Source: Thermoflexales bacterium (lineage in GTDB: Bacteria; Chloroflexota; Anaerolineae; Fen-1058). Taken from it: DNA of 36,016 bases. The notes below the pieces were generated by a model, which searched no databases, had not been told where the DNA came from, and was given only the letters and a program-made list of their open reading frames with translations. The DNA is taken from NCBI GenBank assembly GCA_017882055.1, contig JADGQE010000001.1:1-36016 (forward strand), given 5' to 3'. Below, piece by piece: positions 15,924-24,349 of the stretch (positions are counted from its first letter, which is position 1; each line of letters starts with the position of its first letter). Made by a program: the position numbers and the translations under genes.

Positions 15924-16907
15924 TTAATACGCTGCCAATTTTCGCATCGCGTCCGCAATCTTCTTCGGACCCGGCATAAACCAATCCTGCAGCGGATGGC
16001 TGTAGGGCACGCCCGGCACATCCGGGCCGGCCAACCGCATGATGGGCGCGTCCATGTAATTGAAGCCCTCGTCCGCCAGAATGGCGGCGATCTCTGCACC
16101 ATAACCGAGGAAGCGATTGTCTTCGTAAACGATTAGCGCTTTGCCCGTTTTCTTAAACGAGTTCAATACCGTGTCTTTGTCGAGTGGATTGAGCGTACGC
16201 AGATCGACCAGCTCAACGCTGATACCTTCTTTGCCTACTTCCTCGGCCGCTTGCTGACAGTAGAAGTGCATCATGCCGTAGGCATACACGGTAAGATCAG
16301 TACCCTCACGCGTGACGTTGGCCGGACCGATCGGCACGGTGTAGTCGCCTTCGGGTACCTCGCCTTTGATCAGCCGATAGCCTTTCTTGGCTTCGAGGAA
16401 CAACACCGGGTTATTATCGCGGATCGCGCTCTTGAGCAGGCCCTTGGCATCATACGGATTCGATGGAATCACCACTTTCAGGCCCGGCACGTGAGAGTAA
16501 GTGGCTTCGATCGATTGCGAGTGATACAGCCCGCCGCCGATGCCGCCGCCATAGGGCGCGCGAATCACCATCGGCACGGTGAACGTCCCGCCGGTGCGAT
16601 AGTAGATGCGGGCCGCTTCATTGACGATCTGGTTGTAAGCGGGCTGAATAAAATCCGCGAATTGGATCTCGCAGATCGGGCGCAAGCCATTCATCGCCGC
16701 GCCGATGCCGACCGCCACGATCGACAACTCGGCCAGCGGCGAATCAATGATGCGCGTGGGGCCATATTTGGCAAACAGGCCCAGCGTCGCGCGGAACACG
16801 CCGCCGCGCGGGCCGACATCTTCACCCGTAATGAACACCTCAGAATTGCGGGCGAGCTCTTCGTCCATCGCCTCGCGGATTGCTTCAATGAGAGTCTTCT
16901 CAGACAC
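15924..16907 (-). CDS. 2-oxoacid dehydrogenase E1 component, beta subunit
   Basis: GTG at 16907 follows GAGGGAGAAG. The sequence (KTLIEAIREAMDEEL...) is typical of transketolase-like E1 beta. Confidence 0.92.
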   Translation of the reverse strand: MSEKTLIEAIREAMDEELARNSEVFITGEDVGPRGGVFRATLGLFAKYGPTRIIDSPLAELSIVAVGIGAAMNGLRPICEIQFADFIQPAYNQIVNEAARIYYRTGGTFTVPMVIRAPYGGGIGGGLYHSQSIEATYSHVPGLKVVIPSNPYDAKGLLKSAIRDNNPVLFLEAKKGYRLIKGEVPEGDYTVPIGPANVTREGTDLTVYAYGMMHFYCQQAAEEVGKEGISVELVDLRTLNPLDKDTVLNSFKKTGKALIVYEDNRFLGYGAEIAAILADEGFNYMDAPIMRLAGPDVPGVPYSHPLQDWFMPGPKKIADAMRKLAAY

Positions 16908-16950
16908 TGTTGCTTCTCCCTCTGACACAGTTGCCGGTGACTGACGAGTA

Positions 16951-16984
16951 ACGAGTGAAAAGTGAACTATCACTCTTCACTCGT
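16951..16984. repeat. 15-bp inverted repeat (ACGAGTGAAAAGTGA / TCACTCTTCACTCGT, one mismatch) with a 4-nt loop
   Basis: Read directly. It lies between the E1 alpha stop (16991) and the E1 beta start (16907). Confidence 0.8.
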
Positions 16985-16990
16985 CAATTC

Positions 16991-17998
16991 TCACGGAGCA
17001 TACACCGGCCCTGCCCCCCACTCGACATCCGGATATGGCGCGGCTTCAGCGGTCTGATGCGCGTAATCGACTTCGGCCATGGCTTTGGCGCCGAATTCGG
17101 TGTCCTGCTGATCCGTCAAAATACCGGCCTGCATCAAATGCTCTCTGAACTTCGGCAGCGGATCAGAAGCCTTCAACGTGACCTTGTCTTCTTTCGATCG
17201 ATACGTCGTATCGTCGTCGTCGGAGGAGTGAGGCGTCAATCGCACGACGCGCACTTCAAACAACGTCGCGCCCCTGCCCGCTCGCGCAATGTCGATCGAT
17301 TCTTTGGCTGCTTTATACGTCGCAATCGGATCAAGCCCGTCGACGGTTACACCGCGCACGCCGTATGCCCCGGCCCGATCGGACACGTGCAAGATCGCCA
17401 TCTCTTGCACCATCGGCACCGAGATCGCGTAGCCGTTGTTCTCCACCACGACAATCAACGGCAGCTGATGCACTCCCGCCCAGGTCAAGGCTTCGTGAAA
17501 ATCGCCTTGATTGGTCGAGCCTTCGCCGAGGCAAGTCACGGCCACGCGATCGCCGCCTTTCAATTTTTCGGCCAGCGCAACGCCGGCCGCTTGTGGAACT
17601 TGCGTCGCAACCGGGCTGGAGACGCTATAAATGTTTTTGGAACGCAATGAGAAATGTTCGGGCATCTGGCGCCCGCCCGAACTGGGATCGTCCTTCTTGC
17701 CGAACACGCCCAGCATGACGTCGAGCGACGTCAGGCCACAGGCCAGAACCATCGCCAGGTCGCGATAGTATGGCAGGAAATGATCTTCACCGCGCCGCAT
17801 CGCAAAGGCGATGCCGATCTGCGCGGCTTCGTGGCCCATACCGGAAATGTGGAAAGCGATCTTACCCTGGCGATGGAGTAACCAGCAGCGTTCGTCCAGG
17901 CGGCGCGCGCGGAGCATCGCGTAATACATGTCCAACAACAACTCGGCGGGCAAGCCGTCGAGTGTCCGCGGCGCAGTTTCAGCGACCGTCATGACCAT
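16991..17998 (-). CDS. 2-oxoacid dehydrogenase E1 component, alpha subunit (ThDP-dependent)
   Basis: ATG at 17998 with GGGGGAAA 5 nt upstream. Has a ThDP-binding GEGSTNQGDF...ENNGYAIS motif. Confidence 0.92.
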   Translation of the reverse strand: MVMTVAETAPRTLDGLPAELLLDMYYAMLRARRLDERCWLLHRQGKIAFHISGMGHEAAQIGIAFAMRRGEDHFLPYYRDLAMVLACGLTSLDVMLGVFGKKDDPSSGGRQMPEHFSLRSKNIYSVSSPVATQVPQAAGVALAEKLKGGDRVAVTCLGEGSTNQGDFHEALTWAGVHQLPLIVVVENNGYAISVPMVQEMAILHVSDRAGAYGVRGVTVDGLDPIATYKAAKESIDIARAGRGATLFEVRVVRLTPHSSDDDDTTYRSKEDKVTLKASDPLPKFREHLMQAGILTDQQDTEFGAKAMAEVDYAHQTAEAAPYPDVEWGAGPVYAP

Positions 17999-18235
17999 AG
18001 ATGTTTCCCCCTGACTGATGGATCCGCGCATAAATCGCCCCTCTCATGCGCAGACAACTTTGGCTGAGTTGTAATAAAAGTATACCGCAAATCGATTGAA
18101 AATCGAAAGACACACGGGCTACGCGATCCGCTTCAGTCCTTTTGGATAACGCACCGACGCGAGTTCGGCATATTTGTCTTTGTAGTATTGCCACTCGATT
18201 CAGTATCTCTATCGTTCAATCAGTCCCAGCGCTCT

Positions 18236-18397
18236 TCAACGCTGCAAAGAAATTAGCCCAATCAGCCGGCAGAGTTCCATCTGTTTCGACAACTTCAAAC
18301 GTCGTGTTGCGCGCCGCTGGTTGATGCGCAGCAACTTCTGCACAATATGCTGGCCCAGGCCACCCGTCGCACCGGCGATCAAAACAGTGTCACTCAC
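18236..18397 (-). pseudogene. Remnant of an NmrA/SDR-like NAD(P)-binding gene
   Basis: A strong GGGAGGAG sequence and a GTG start precede VSDTVLIAGATGGLGQHIVQKLL, a Rossmann GxxGxxG N-terminus. Similarity is lost after about 23 residues and the ORF stops at 53 aa. Confidence 0.4.
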
Positions 18398-18490
18398 GAA
18401 ATCTCCTCCCTGTTCAAAACAAACGCGGAATGTCGGATCGAGATTCACATTCCGCTTTCTCGCTATTCAATTATATCAGCTGGAAGTCGC

Positions 18491-20080
18491 TTATTTGGGC
18501 GGGGCAGGCGCTTCGACCGGCGCGGGCGCGGCGGTATACTGCCAGACCTGATGCGCCATCTGCGCGATGGCGATACCGGACGGCGCCGTGGGGCTGAGTT
18601 GATAGATCGCTACGCCCTTGAGGCCGGACAGCGGCATTTTGGGATCATCAGGAATCGTATAGATATGCGGCAGCGTGAATAGTTTTTGGATTTGTTGGGG
18701 CGGCAAACCGCCCGGCACCGTCGCGCGATTGATCACCAGCGCGAAGCGATCAGGCTTGAGATCCAGCGCAAAAGCCAGGTCGAGAAACAATCTGGCATTC
18801 TTCACCGACGGCAGATCGGGCGTGATGACGAGCAGCGTCAGATCGGCCGCTTCCATCACCGCCAGGTTGTGATCAGTCAGATAACTGGGCGTATCGATCA
18901 CAATCGCCGACGCCTGCGACTTGACAGTGCGGATGACCTGAATCATCGTATTGGCCGTGATGAGAGCGGCCATTTCCGGCTTCTGGGGGGCCAGCAGCAA
19001 TTTGATGCCGGAGGAATGAGGCAGCAACGTATCCGGCAGCAGATCAGGCTCGGGCCGGCCCCTGGGAATCAGATTTTCGATCGTAGCGGTGGGCGGCATG
19101 TTCAGATCAATGGGAATGCCGCCCCATTGCAAATCAGCATCGATCAATACCACACCGGGATGTTCATGTTCCAGCGCCACCGCCAGGTGGATCGCAATGG
19201 CTGATTTACCCGAACCGCCGCGCGGGCTGTACACTGCGAAGACCGGCACGTCGGGCACGTTGATCGGGCCAGTCACGATTGCCACTTCGGTCGAGGCCGC
19301 CGATATGGTAGCCGCGGTGCCAGCCGCTTTGATCTGCTGGTAATTCGGCCGCGCAGCCTGATAGACACGCCGGATGCAGTTGATCAATTCGTCGCCAGTG
19401 AACGGCTTAGTCTGATAATCACGCGCGCCGGCCAGCATGGCATTGCGCATGTACTCACGCTCGATCTGCACCGACATCATGATGACCTGACAATAGGGCG
19501 CTCGAATCGACATCTCGCGCGTCGCCGTGATACCGTCCATATCCGGCATGTTGATGTCCATCATCACGATCTCGGGCTGCAGCTCGAGCGCCAGCTCCAG
19601 GCCCTTGCGCCCATTGTAGGCCTGACCGATGACTTCCATGTCCGGCTCGAAGGCGATCAGGCGGCTGATGTTTTCGCGCGTGCCGCGATGATCGTCGACC
19701 ACCAGAATGTGAATCTTGTCAGCGGTACGACTCGCACTCGAAGGCGGTGTGATCTTTGGCACCGGCGGCGGTTCGGGGGCAACTGGCGGGGGAACTGGAA
19801 TTTCAGGCAAACGCTTAGACGTCGGCTCGGGCACAGCCATGGACACAGTGGGATGAGCACTGGCTGTCAGGCTGGCAATCAACTGTTCGTCTTCATCAGG
19901 CGTCGCAGGCGCAGAAGAAACCTTAGCCCTGGCGCGCCTGGCCGCCGCCCGCTGCACCGCACGCCGGCGCGATCGACGCAACAGCAGCACAATGAGTACA
20001 AGCAAGATGAGTACAACAAGAACAGGCAGTAGAATAGGTAACAAGTTGTCCAGTGACATGCGCGTACGCCCGATCCGCAT
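18491..20080 (-). CDS. Membrane-anchored response-regulator receiver fused to a CpaE/MinD-like P-loop ATPase
   Basis: Domain order: N-terminal TM helix (LLPILLPVLVVLILLV) and RRSRRR, a Pro-rich linker, a REC domain (VVDD, MDINMPDMDG, KPF), then a deviant Walker A (SPRGGSGKSAIA). An alternative start is ATG 20059. Confidence 0.85.
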   Translation of the reverse strand: MRIGRTRMSLDNLLPILLPVLVVLILLVLIVLLLRRSRRRAVQRAAARRARAKVSSAPATPDEDEQLIASLTASAHPTVSMAVPEPTSKRLPEIPVPPPVAPEPPPVPKITPPSSASRTADKIHILVVDDHRGTRENISRLIAFEPDMEVIGQAYNGRKGLELALELQPEIVMMDINMPDMDGITATREMSIRAPYCQVIMMSVQIEREYMRNAMLAGARDYQTKPFTGDELINCIRRVYQAARPNYQQIKAAGTAATISAASTEVAIVTGPINVPDVPVFAVYSPRGGSGKSAIAIHLAVALEHEHPGVVLIDADLQWGGIPIDLNMPPTATIENLIPRGRPEPDLLPDTLLPHSSGIKLLLAPQKPEMAALITANTMIQVIRTVKSQASAIVIDTPSYLTDHNLAVMEAADLTLLVITPDLPSVKNARLFLDLAFALDLKPDRFALVINRATVPGGLPPQQIQKLFTLPHIYTIPDDPKMPLSGLKGVAIYQLSPTAPSGIAIAQMAHQVWQYTAAPAPVEAPAPPK

Positions 20081-20085
20081 TAGCT

Positions 20086-20209
20086 AGACTTGGCAGGTTT
20101 AAGGGCAATACTGTTTAGATAAGCGTAGTTTAGCCCCTTGTGGGCGGGCACGAGGCCCGATGCTACGGCTAAACTAAACAGTATTGGGTTTAAGGAGCCG
20201 ACCAAGTCT
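20086..20209. repeat. 124-bp composite long palindrome
   Basis: Inverted pairs at 20086-20093/20202-20209 (8 bp), 20106-20118/20174-20186 (13 bp) and 20126-20135/20167-20176 (10 bp). A direct repeat GGTTTAAGG lies at 20096-20104 and 20187-20195. Confidence 0.8.
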
Positions 20210-20233
20210 GATTTGTTAAGGTGGATTTTATCA

Positions 20234-20341
20234 CATTGCTGGATATCTTCTCAACATTCCGGGGCCAGCAGGCCGGGCTCCCACGCTCGGCAACTGGCGG
20301 CATGGGAGCCGCCCCCGCTTATTGAGAAGATACATTGCTGG
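20234..20341. repeat. Second composite palindrome overlapping the DUF4129 gene stop
   Basis: Inverted pairs ATCTTCTCAA (20245-20254) / TTGAGAAGAT (20322-20331) and GGCTCCCA (20276-20283) / TGGGAGCC (20303-20310). A direct repeat CATTGCTGG lies at 20234-20242 and 20333-20341. Confidence 0.7.
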
Positions 20342-21794
20342 TTTGTAAACGAATGAGGGATGCCTGAGCAAGGCGGGCATCATCGGGCGGAACCGGATCG
20401 ACGGCGTAACGGGCGCGCACATAGGTTGCGGTTAACGCCGCAATCGGCTCGCGCGACTCGGGCATCGCCGCGGTCAATGCGTCAGCATAGGTCGATGGCG
20501 TTTGATAAGGGAAGCGAGCATAGCCCATCGATCGCGCCCAATCCAACATCAATTGATAGGTGCGGCGAACGATCAGGCGCGGATCATCCGCCGGGCCGCT
20601 CAGCCCTAAATAAGGCTGCGGCGGCAGCGTGGCCGGGCGGGACCTGAAGCGGGCCAACAACGCCCGGAGTTGATCGAGCAGCAGTTGGCGTGTGGCGATG
20701 TTTTCGCGTGTTTCATCCAGCTCTTTCTTGCGCGCTCGATCCCAGCGGCGCAACGCCCAGATCGATATGACCACAAAAATAAGTAAAACCACCAGCACCG
20801 TCACGCCGCGCGTCAGCGTGAAGAATTCGGGCGAGTTAAGAAAACTATCGATCTGCTTCTGCGCCTTGAGTTGATCGACCATTAAGCCCAGCGAGTGCAG
20901 CACGGATAGTCCGCCCATGACGGCCTTGAGCAGCAGCCGGGCAATCGCCTGGAGGATGGGGATGAGCGGCGTCACCAGCCAAAACAAGGCGGCGAACAGC
21001 GCAGCGAGGATCGCCACGACGGCCCCGCCGAGAGATTCGATCAACGGACGAACAATCTCGATAAATCGATTGAGCGTTTCGGGCGAGATGATGCCGGTCA
21101 GGCTAAGCCCGCCGAGCAAAATTGCGCCCACGACGGCCGCAATCGTCGCCAGCCAGTGACGGTTGAACGTCGCCCGCGGACTGGCCGGTTCGATCTGCCG
21201 CAGACGTGTATGCTCGATGTTGAAGATCGTCAAGGCACTCAGCGCGATGGCAAAAAAGGCTAGCACCGAAAGCAACATATCGGCGGACGGTACAAACTGC
21301 GTATAGTTATTGAAGATCAGGAGCAAAGCCAGGGCGGCAATGCCGTTGTAAAACGTGCGTTCCAGCGTCTCGTCGCTGAGTGTTTGCACGCGGCCCAGCA
21401 AGATGCCGCGCCACCACGCCAGCGCGATGGCGATCAGCACAATCAATTCGGGCGCGATGGAATTCTGCCAATCGATCAGGCCGCGCGCATAATCGAACGG
21501 GAAACGATCGCCGTAGGTCAACCACGCCGCGCCAAAGATCGCGACGAATCCGGCTACGACGATCAATGCTTTGGGATGAAGCCTCGCGCGCCGCTCGCCG
21601 TTCACGTAGCGCGTGATAAAGGTCGCAAGAAGGATCACCAGCGCAATCGCCAGGGATGACGGCGCAGGACTCGAAGCATCGCGCCCGGTCGCTCGAATGA
21701 TCCAGCGTGCCCACGGCCCCAGCCACGCCGCGATCAAGATCGCGATGGCAGTGGGCAACAGAATCGATTGAACCAGATTAGATCGTTTGAGCAT
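20319..21794 (-). CDS. Polytopic membrane protein with a C-terminal DUF4129-like domain (TgpA-like scaffold lacking a recognisable transglutaminase core)
   Basis: Multiple TM helices precede a C-terminal IVRRTYQLMLDWARSMGYARFPYQTPSTYADAL...ARY segment typical of DUF4129. The gene sits downstream of MoxR and DUF58. Confidence 0.75.
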   Translation of the reverse strand: MLKRSNLVQSILLPTAIAILIAAWLGPWARWIIRATGRDASSPAPSSLAIALVILLATFITRYVNGERRARLHPKALIVVAGFVAIFGAAWLTYGDRFPFDYARGLIDWQNSIAPELIVLIAIALAWWRGILLGRVQTLSDETLERTFYNGIAALALLLIFNNYTQFVPSADMLLSVLAFFAIALSALTIFNIEHTRLRQIEPASPRATFNRHWLATIAAVVGAILLGGLSLTGIISPETLNRFIEIVRPLIESLGGAVVAILAALFAALFWLVTPLIPILQAIARLLLKAVMGGLSVLHSLGLMVDQLKAQKQIDSFLNSPEFFTLTRGVTVLVVLLIFVVISIWALRRWDRARKKELDETRENIATRQLLLDQLRALLARFRSRPATLPPQPYLGLSGPADDPRLIVRRTYQLMLDWARSMGYARFPYQTPSTYADALTAAMPESREPIAALTATYVRARYAVDPVPPDDARLAQASLIRLQTSNVSSQ

Positions 21795-21795
21795 T

Positions 21796-21844
21796 CAGCA
21801 CTCAGCAGTCAGCATTCAGCAATCAGTGTTCAGTCATCAGCGTG
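21796..21844 (+). repeat. Tandem heptamer array, 7 units of CAGYNNT
   Basis: CAGCACT CAGCAGT CAGCATT CAGCAAT CAGTGTT CAGTCAT CAGCGTG. It abuts the DUF4129 start codon. Confidence 0.85.
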
Positions 21845-21857
21845 ACAAGATCATTCA

Positions 21858-22033
21858 CGCAATGTGCAACTCTTTCGAAAGAGAATAGTCATGTCACCCT
21901 GAGCAGAGCGAAGGGTCTCTACCACAGTCAGCATCCGGTGCTGAGCGGCGCAGAGACGGGAGCACTGCACCGCATGTGTTCTTCGGCAAAAAGCGCCTCA
22001 GAATGACACCACAAAAAGAGTTGCACATTAGGC
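21858..22033. mobile_element. MITE-like 176-bp element carrying a GTCAYYCTGAGC...GAATGAC palindromic core
   Basis: A 15-bp perfect terminal inverted repeat, AATGTGCAACTCTTT (21861-21875) / AAAGAGTTGCACATT (22015-22029). It is flanked by the 9-bp direct repeat GATCATTCA (21849-21857 and 22034-22042). The core spans 21893-22009. Confidence 0.5.
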
Positions 22034-22039
22034 GATCAT

Positions 22040-23377
22040 TCATATCGCTGATGACTGACGACCAAAGGTAAAGTCCAGCGACTTCAGTTCAGTCCAGTTT
22101 TCCAGCACGCACTGCATCGGCAGTTCGGGCGGCACCGGCCGATCGGGTTGGCGGCCAACAACAATCAAGGCCACCGGATGACCGGCCAGCCGCAAGTCGA
22201 GCAACGCCGTCAGGATCGGCTCGGTCACGATCGGCGAGACGGCCAGCAGCGTCGCACCGTAAGGCAGCTGCGGCGCTTCAAGTCGCAGCAGGTTTTCAAA
22301 TGACAACAGGGGTTGAGCATTCAACTGCGCCAGCGCTTCGAGAATGCGCATCTGCTGCAGATCATGCCGCGACGCGGGTAGATGCAGCCACTGCTCCGCA
22401 TTGCGGATCGCGCTATTGGCCGACAGCCCGACCGATCGGCGCGCATCGAGGCCGGCGTGCGCGACCGAAGCCGCCACGACAATCGCCGTCTCAAGGAAGT
22501 CAACGACAGTCCCTTCATACAGCCGTTCGAGCGTTTGCGTGTTAAGGCAAATCACCAGGTGCTGCGACGCACTCGGATCGAACACTTTGGTTTGCAGCAG
22601 ACTCCGCCGCGCCGTCGCTTTCCAATGGATGTGCCGAATGCTATCGCCGGGTTGATAATCGCGCGTGCCGGCCAAACGCAGCGGATCTTCGACGATGCGC
22701 CGCTCGGCGCTGAATTCACCCAGCGGCCGCGCAGCGCGCAAGTCCAATCGTTCCAGCGGCACGATCTTCGGATAAACCAGCAACGTCTGCTGCTGATCGA
22801 GATCGGCCTGGCGGCGGCGAAAGCCAAACAGATCGCCGGACGAGATACTCACCGGCCCGATGTCGTACACGCCGCGCCGATTGCCCACCACCCGATAGCG
22901 CCGCCGCACTCGTTCGTACCAGCGCAGGCTATACAGATTAACCATCGTCCGTCGCAGCAGGTTGCTAGAGTAACCCCATTCCACGCGCTGAACTTTGAGT
23001 TCTTTCGGAAACTCATCCTCGGCTTTGAACCACGTCAACGGCAGCGGCTTGGCATTGACCACTTCGATCCACAGATCGGTTTCTTCGCCGAAGAACAAGC
23101 GCTCGTTCTGAAAGCTGCGGGCATAGCTGACACCCGCCAGGCAGTAGCGGCCCCACAGCCACGACGTGCCCAACGCGATCAACACCAGCACATCGAGCAA
23201 AAAGAGCATGGGATTGTGAACGAGGAGACTCAGGATCAGCAACACGACGAGCATGATCCGGCCAAGGCGGCGTGCCAGGCCACCACTGTCGGTCAAATCG
23301 CGTGATGGCAAACTGCGGCCATCCGGCGCAACGTTAGACGGGTTCAGACCAACTTTCTTCCACGGGAACCGGAACAT
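22040..23377 (-). CDS. DUF58 domain protein (MoxR-associated, vWA-like)
   Basis: N-terminal TM hairpin, then the typical GD..R.IHWKATAR motif. The gene overlaps the end of the MoxR gene. The start is uncertain. Confidence 0.85.
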   Translation of the reverse strand: MFRFPWKKVGLNPSNVAPDGRSLPSRDLTDSGGLARRLGRIMLVVLLILSLLVHNPMLFLLDVLVLIALGTSWLWGRYCLAGVSYARSFQNERLFFGEETDLWIEVVNAKPLPLTWFKAEDEFPKELKVQRVEWGYSSNLLRRTMVNLYSLRWYERVRRRYRVVGNRRGVYDIGPVSISSGDLFGFRRRQADLDQQQTLLVYPKIVPLERLDLRAARPLGEFSAERRIVEDPLRLAGTRDYQPGDSIRHIHWKATARRSLLQTKVFDPSASQHLVICLNTQTLERLYEGTVVDFLETAIVVAASVAHAGLDARRSVGLSANSAIRNAEQWLHLPASRHDLQQMRILEALAQLNAQPLLSFENLLRLEAPQLPYGATLLAVSPIVTEPILTALLDLRLAGHPVALIVVGRQPDRPVPPELPMQCVLENWTELKSLDFTFGRQSSAI

Positions 23378-24302
23378 GCTCGATCACTTCGCGTAAAACG
23401 GCCGACAGCGCTTTGCCATGCAGCCTCGATTGGCTGGAGAGGATCAATCGATGCGCCAGCGTTGGAATCACGAGCGGCTGGACATCATCGGGGACGACGA
23501 ACGATCGGCCGCGAATCGCGGCCAGGGCCTGCGCGGTGTGATACAGCGCCAGCGATCCGCGCGGACTGGCGCCCAGTGACAGTGCCGCATTTTCGCGCGT
23601 GGCCCGCACCAGGCCGAGGATGTATGTTTCGATGGCGGGACTGACATACACGCTGCGGCACATCGCCATCAACGCCACGATTTCTTCGCCCGACACGACC
23701 GGCTTCAGTTCAGTCAATGGATCGACCTCACGGAAGCGGCGCAGCACTTCGCGCTCGTCTTCGAGTTCGGGATAGCCGATAGAGAGGCGCATCAAAAATC
23801 GATCGAGCTGCGCTTCAGGCAAAGGAAACGTGCCTTCCAGTTCGATCGGGTTCTGCGTGGCGATGACGAGAAAGGGCAGCGGGATCGATCGCGTCACACC
23901 GTCGACCGTGACCTGCCGCTCTTCCATCGCTTCCAGCAGCGCCGATTGGGTGCGCGGCCCGGCCCGATTGATCTCGTCGGCCAGCACGATCTGCGCCATG
24001 ATCGGCCCGGCGCGAAATTCAAAATCACTGCTCTTCTGATTGAAGACGTTGACGCCGGTGATGTCGGACGGCAGCAGATCGGGCGTGAACTGCACCCGCT
24101 GAAACGAGCAGCCGAGTGACTTCGCCAGCGACTTGGCCAGCATCGTCTTGCCGAGACCGGGCACGTCTTCGATCAGCACGTGGCCCTGCGTCAGCAAAGC
24201 AGCTAACAACAGCTCGATCGTCTGCGGCTTGCCGACGATGACTTTTTCGATGTTGCACTGGATTGCATTGGCAGTCAATTGAATGCGAGAAATATCGGTC
24301 AT
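23334..24302 (-). CDS. MoxR-family AAA+ ATPase
   Basis: Walker A GLGKT and Walker B VLADEINRA, plus typical MoxR blocks (ATQNPIE.EGT.PLPEAQLDRF). ATG at 24302. An alternative TTG start lies at 24326. Confidence 0.92.
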   Translation of the reverse strand: MTDISRIQLTANAIQCNIEKVIVGKPQTIELLLAALLTQGHVLIEDVPGLGKTMLAKSLAKSLGCSFQRVQFTPDLLPSDITGVNVFNQKSSDFEFRAGPIMAQIVLADEINRAGPRTQSALLEAMEERQVTVDGVTRSIPLPFLVIATQNPIELEGTFPLPEAQLDRFLMRLSIGYPELEDEREVLRRFREVDPLTELKPVVSGEEIVALMAMCRSVYVSPAIETYILGLVRATRENAALSLGASPRGSLALYHTAQALAAIRGRSFVVPDDVQPLVIPTLAHRLILSSQSRLHGKALSAVLREVIEHVPVPVEESWSEPV

Positions 24303-24349
24303 TGATGATTTCTGATTTGATAGCAAATTCCAGTTTCGTTTACGGGCGT

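Noticed and set aside
20138-20356. 72-aa plus-strand ORF in the palindrome-rich gap
   Set aside because: It lies entirely within the two long palindromic elements and overlaps the DUF4129 gene end. It has no translation signals.
22382-23305. 307-aa plus-strand ORF
   Set aside because: It is antisense to the DUF58 gene and is Arg/Gln/His-rich with no domain features.
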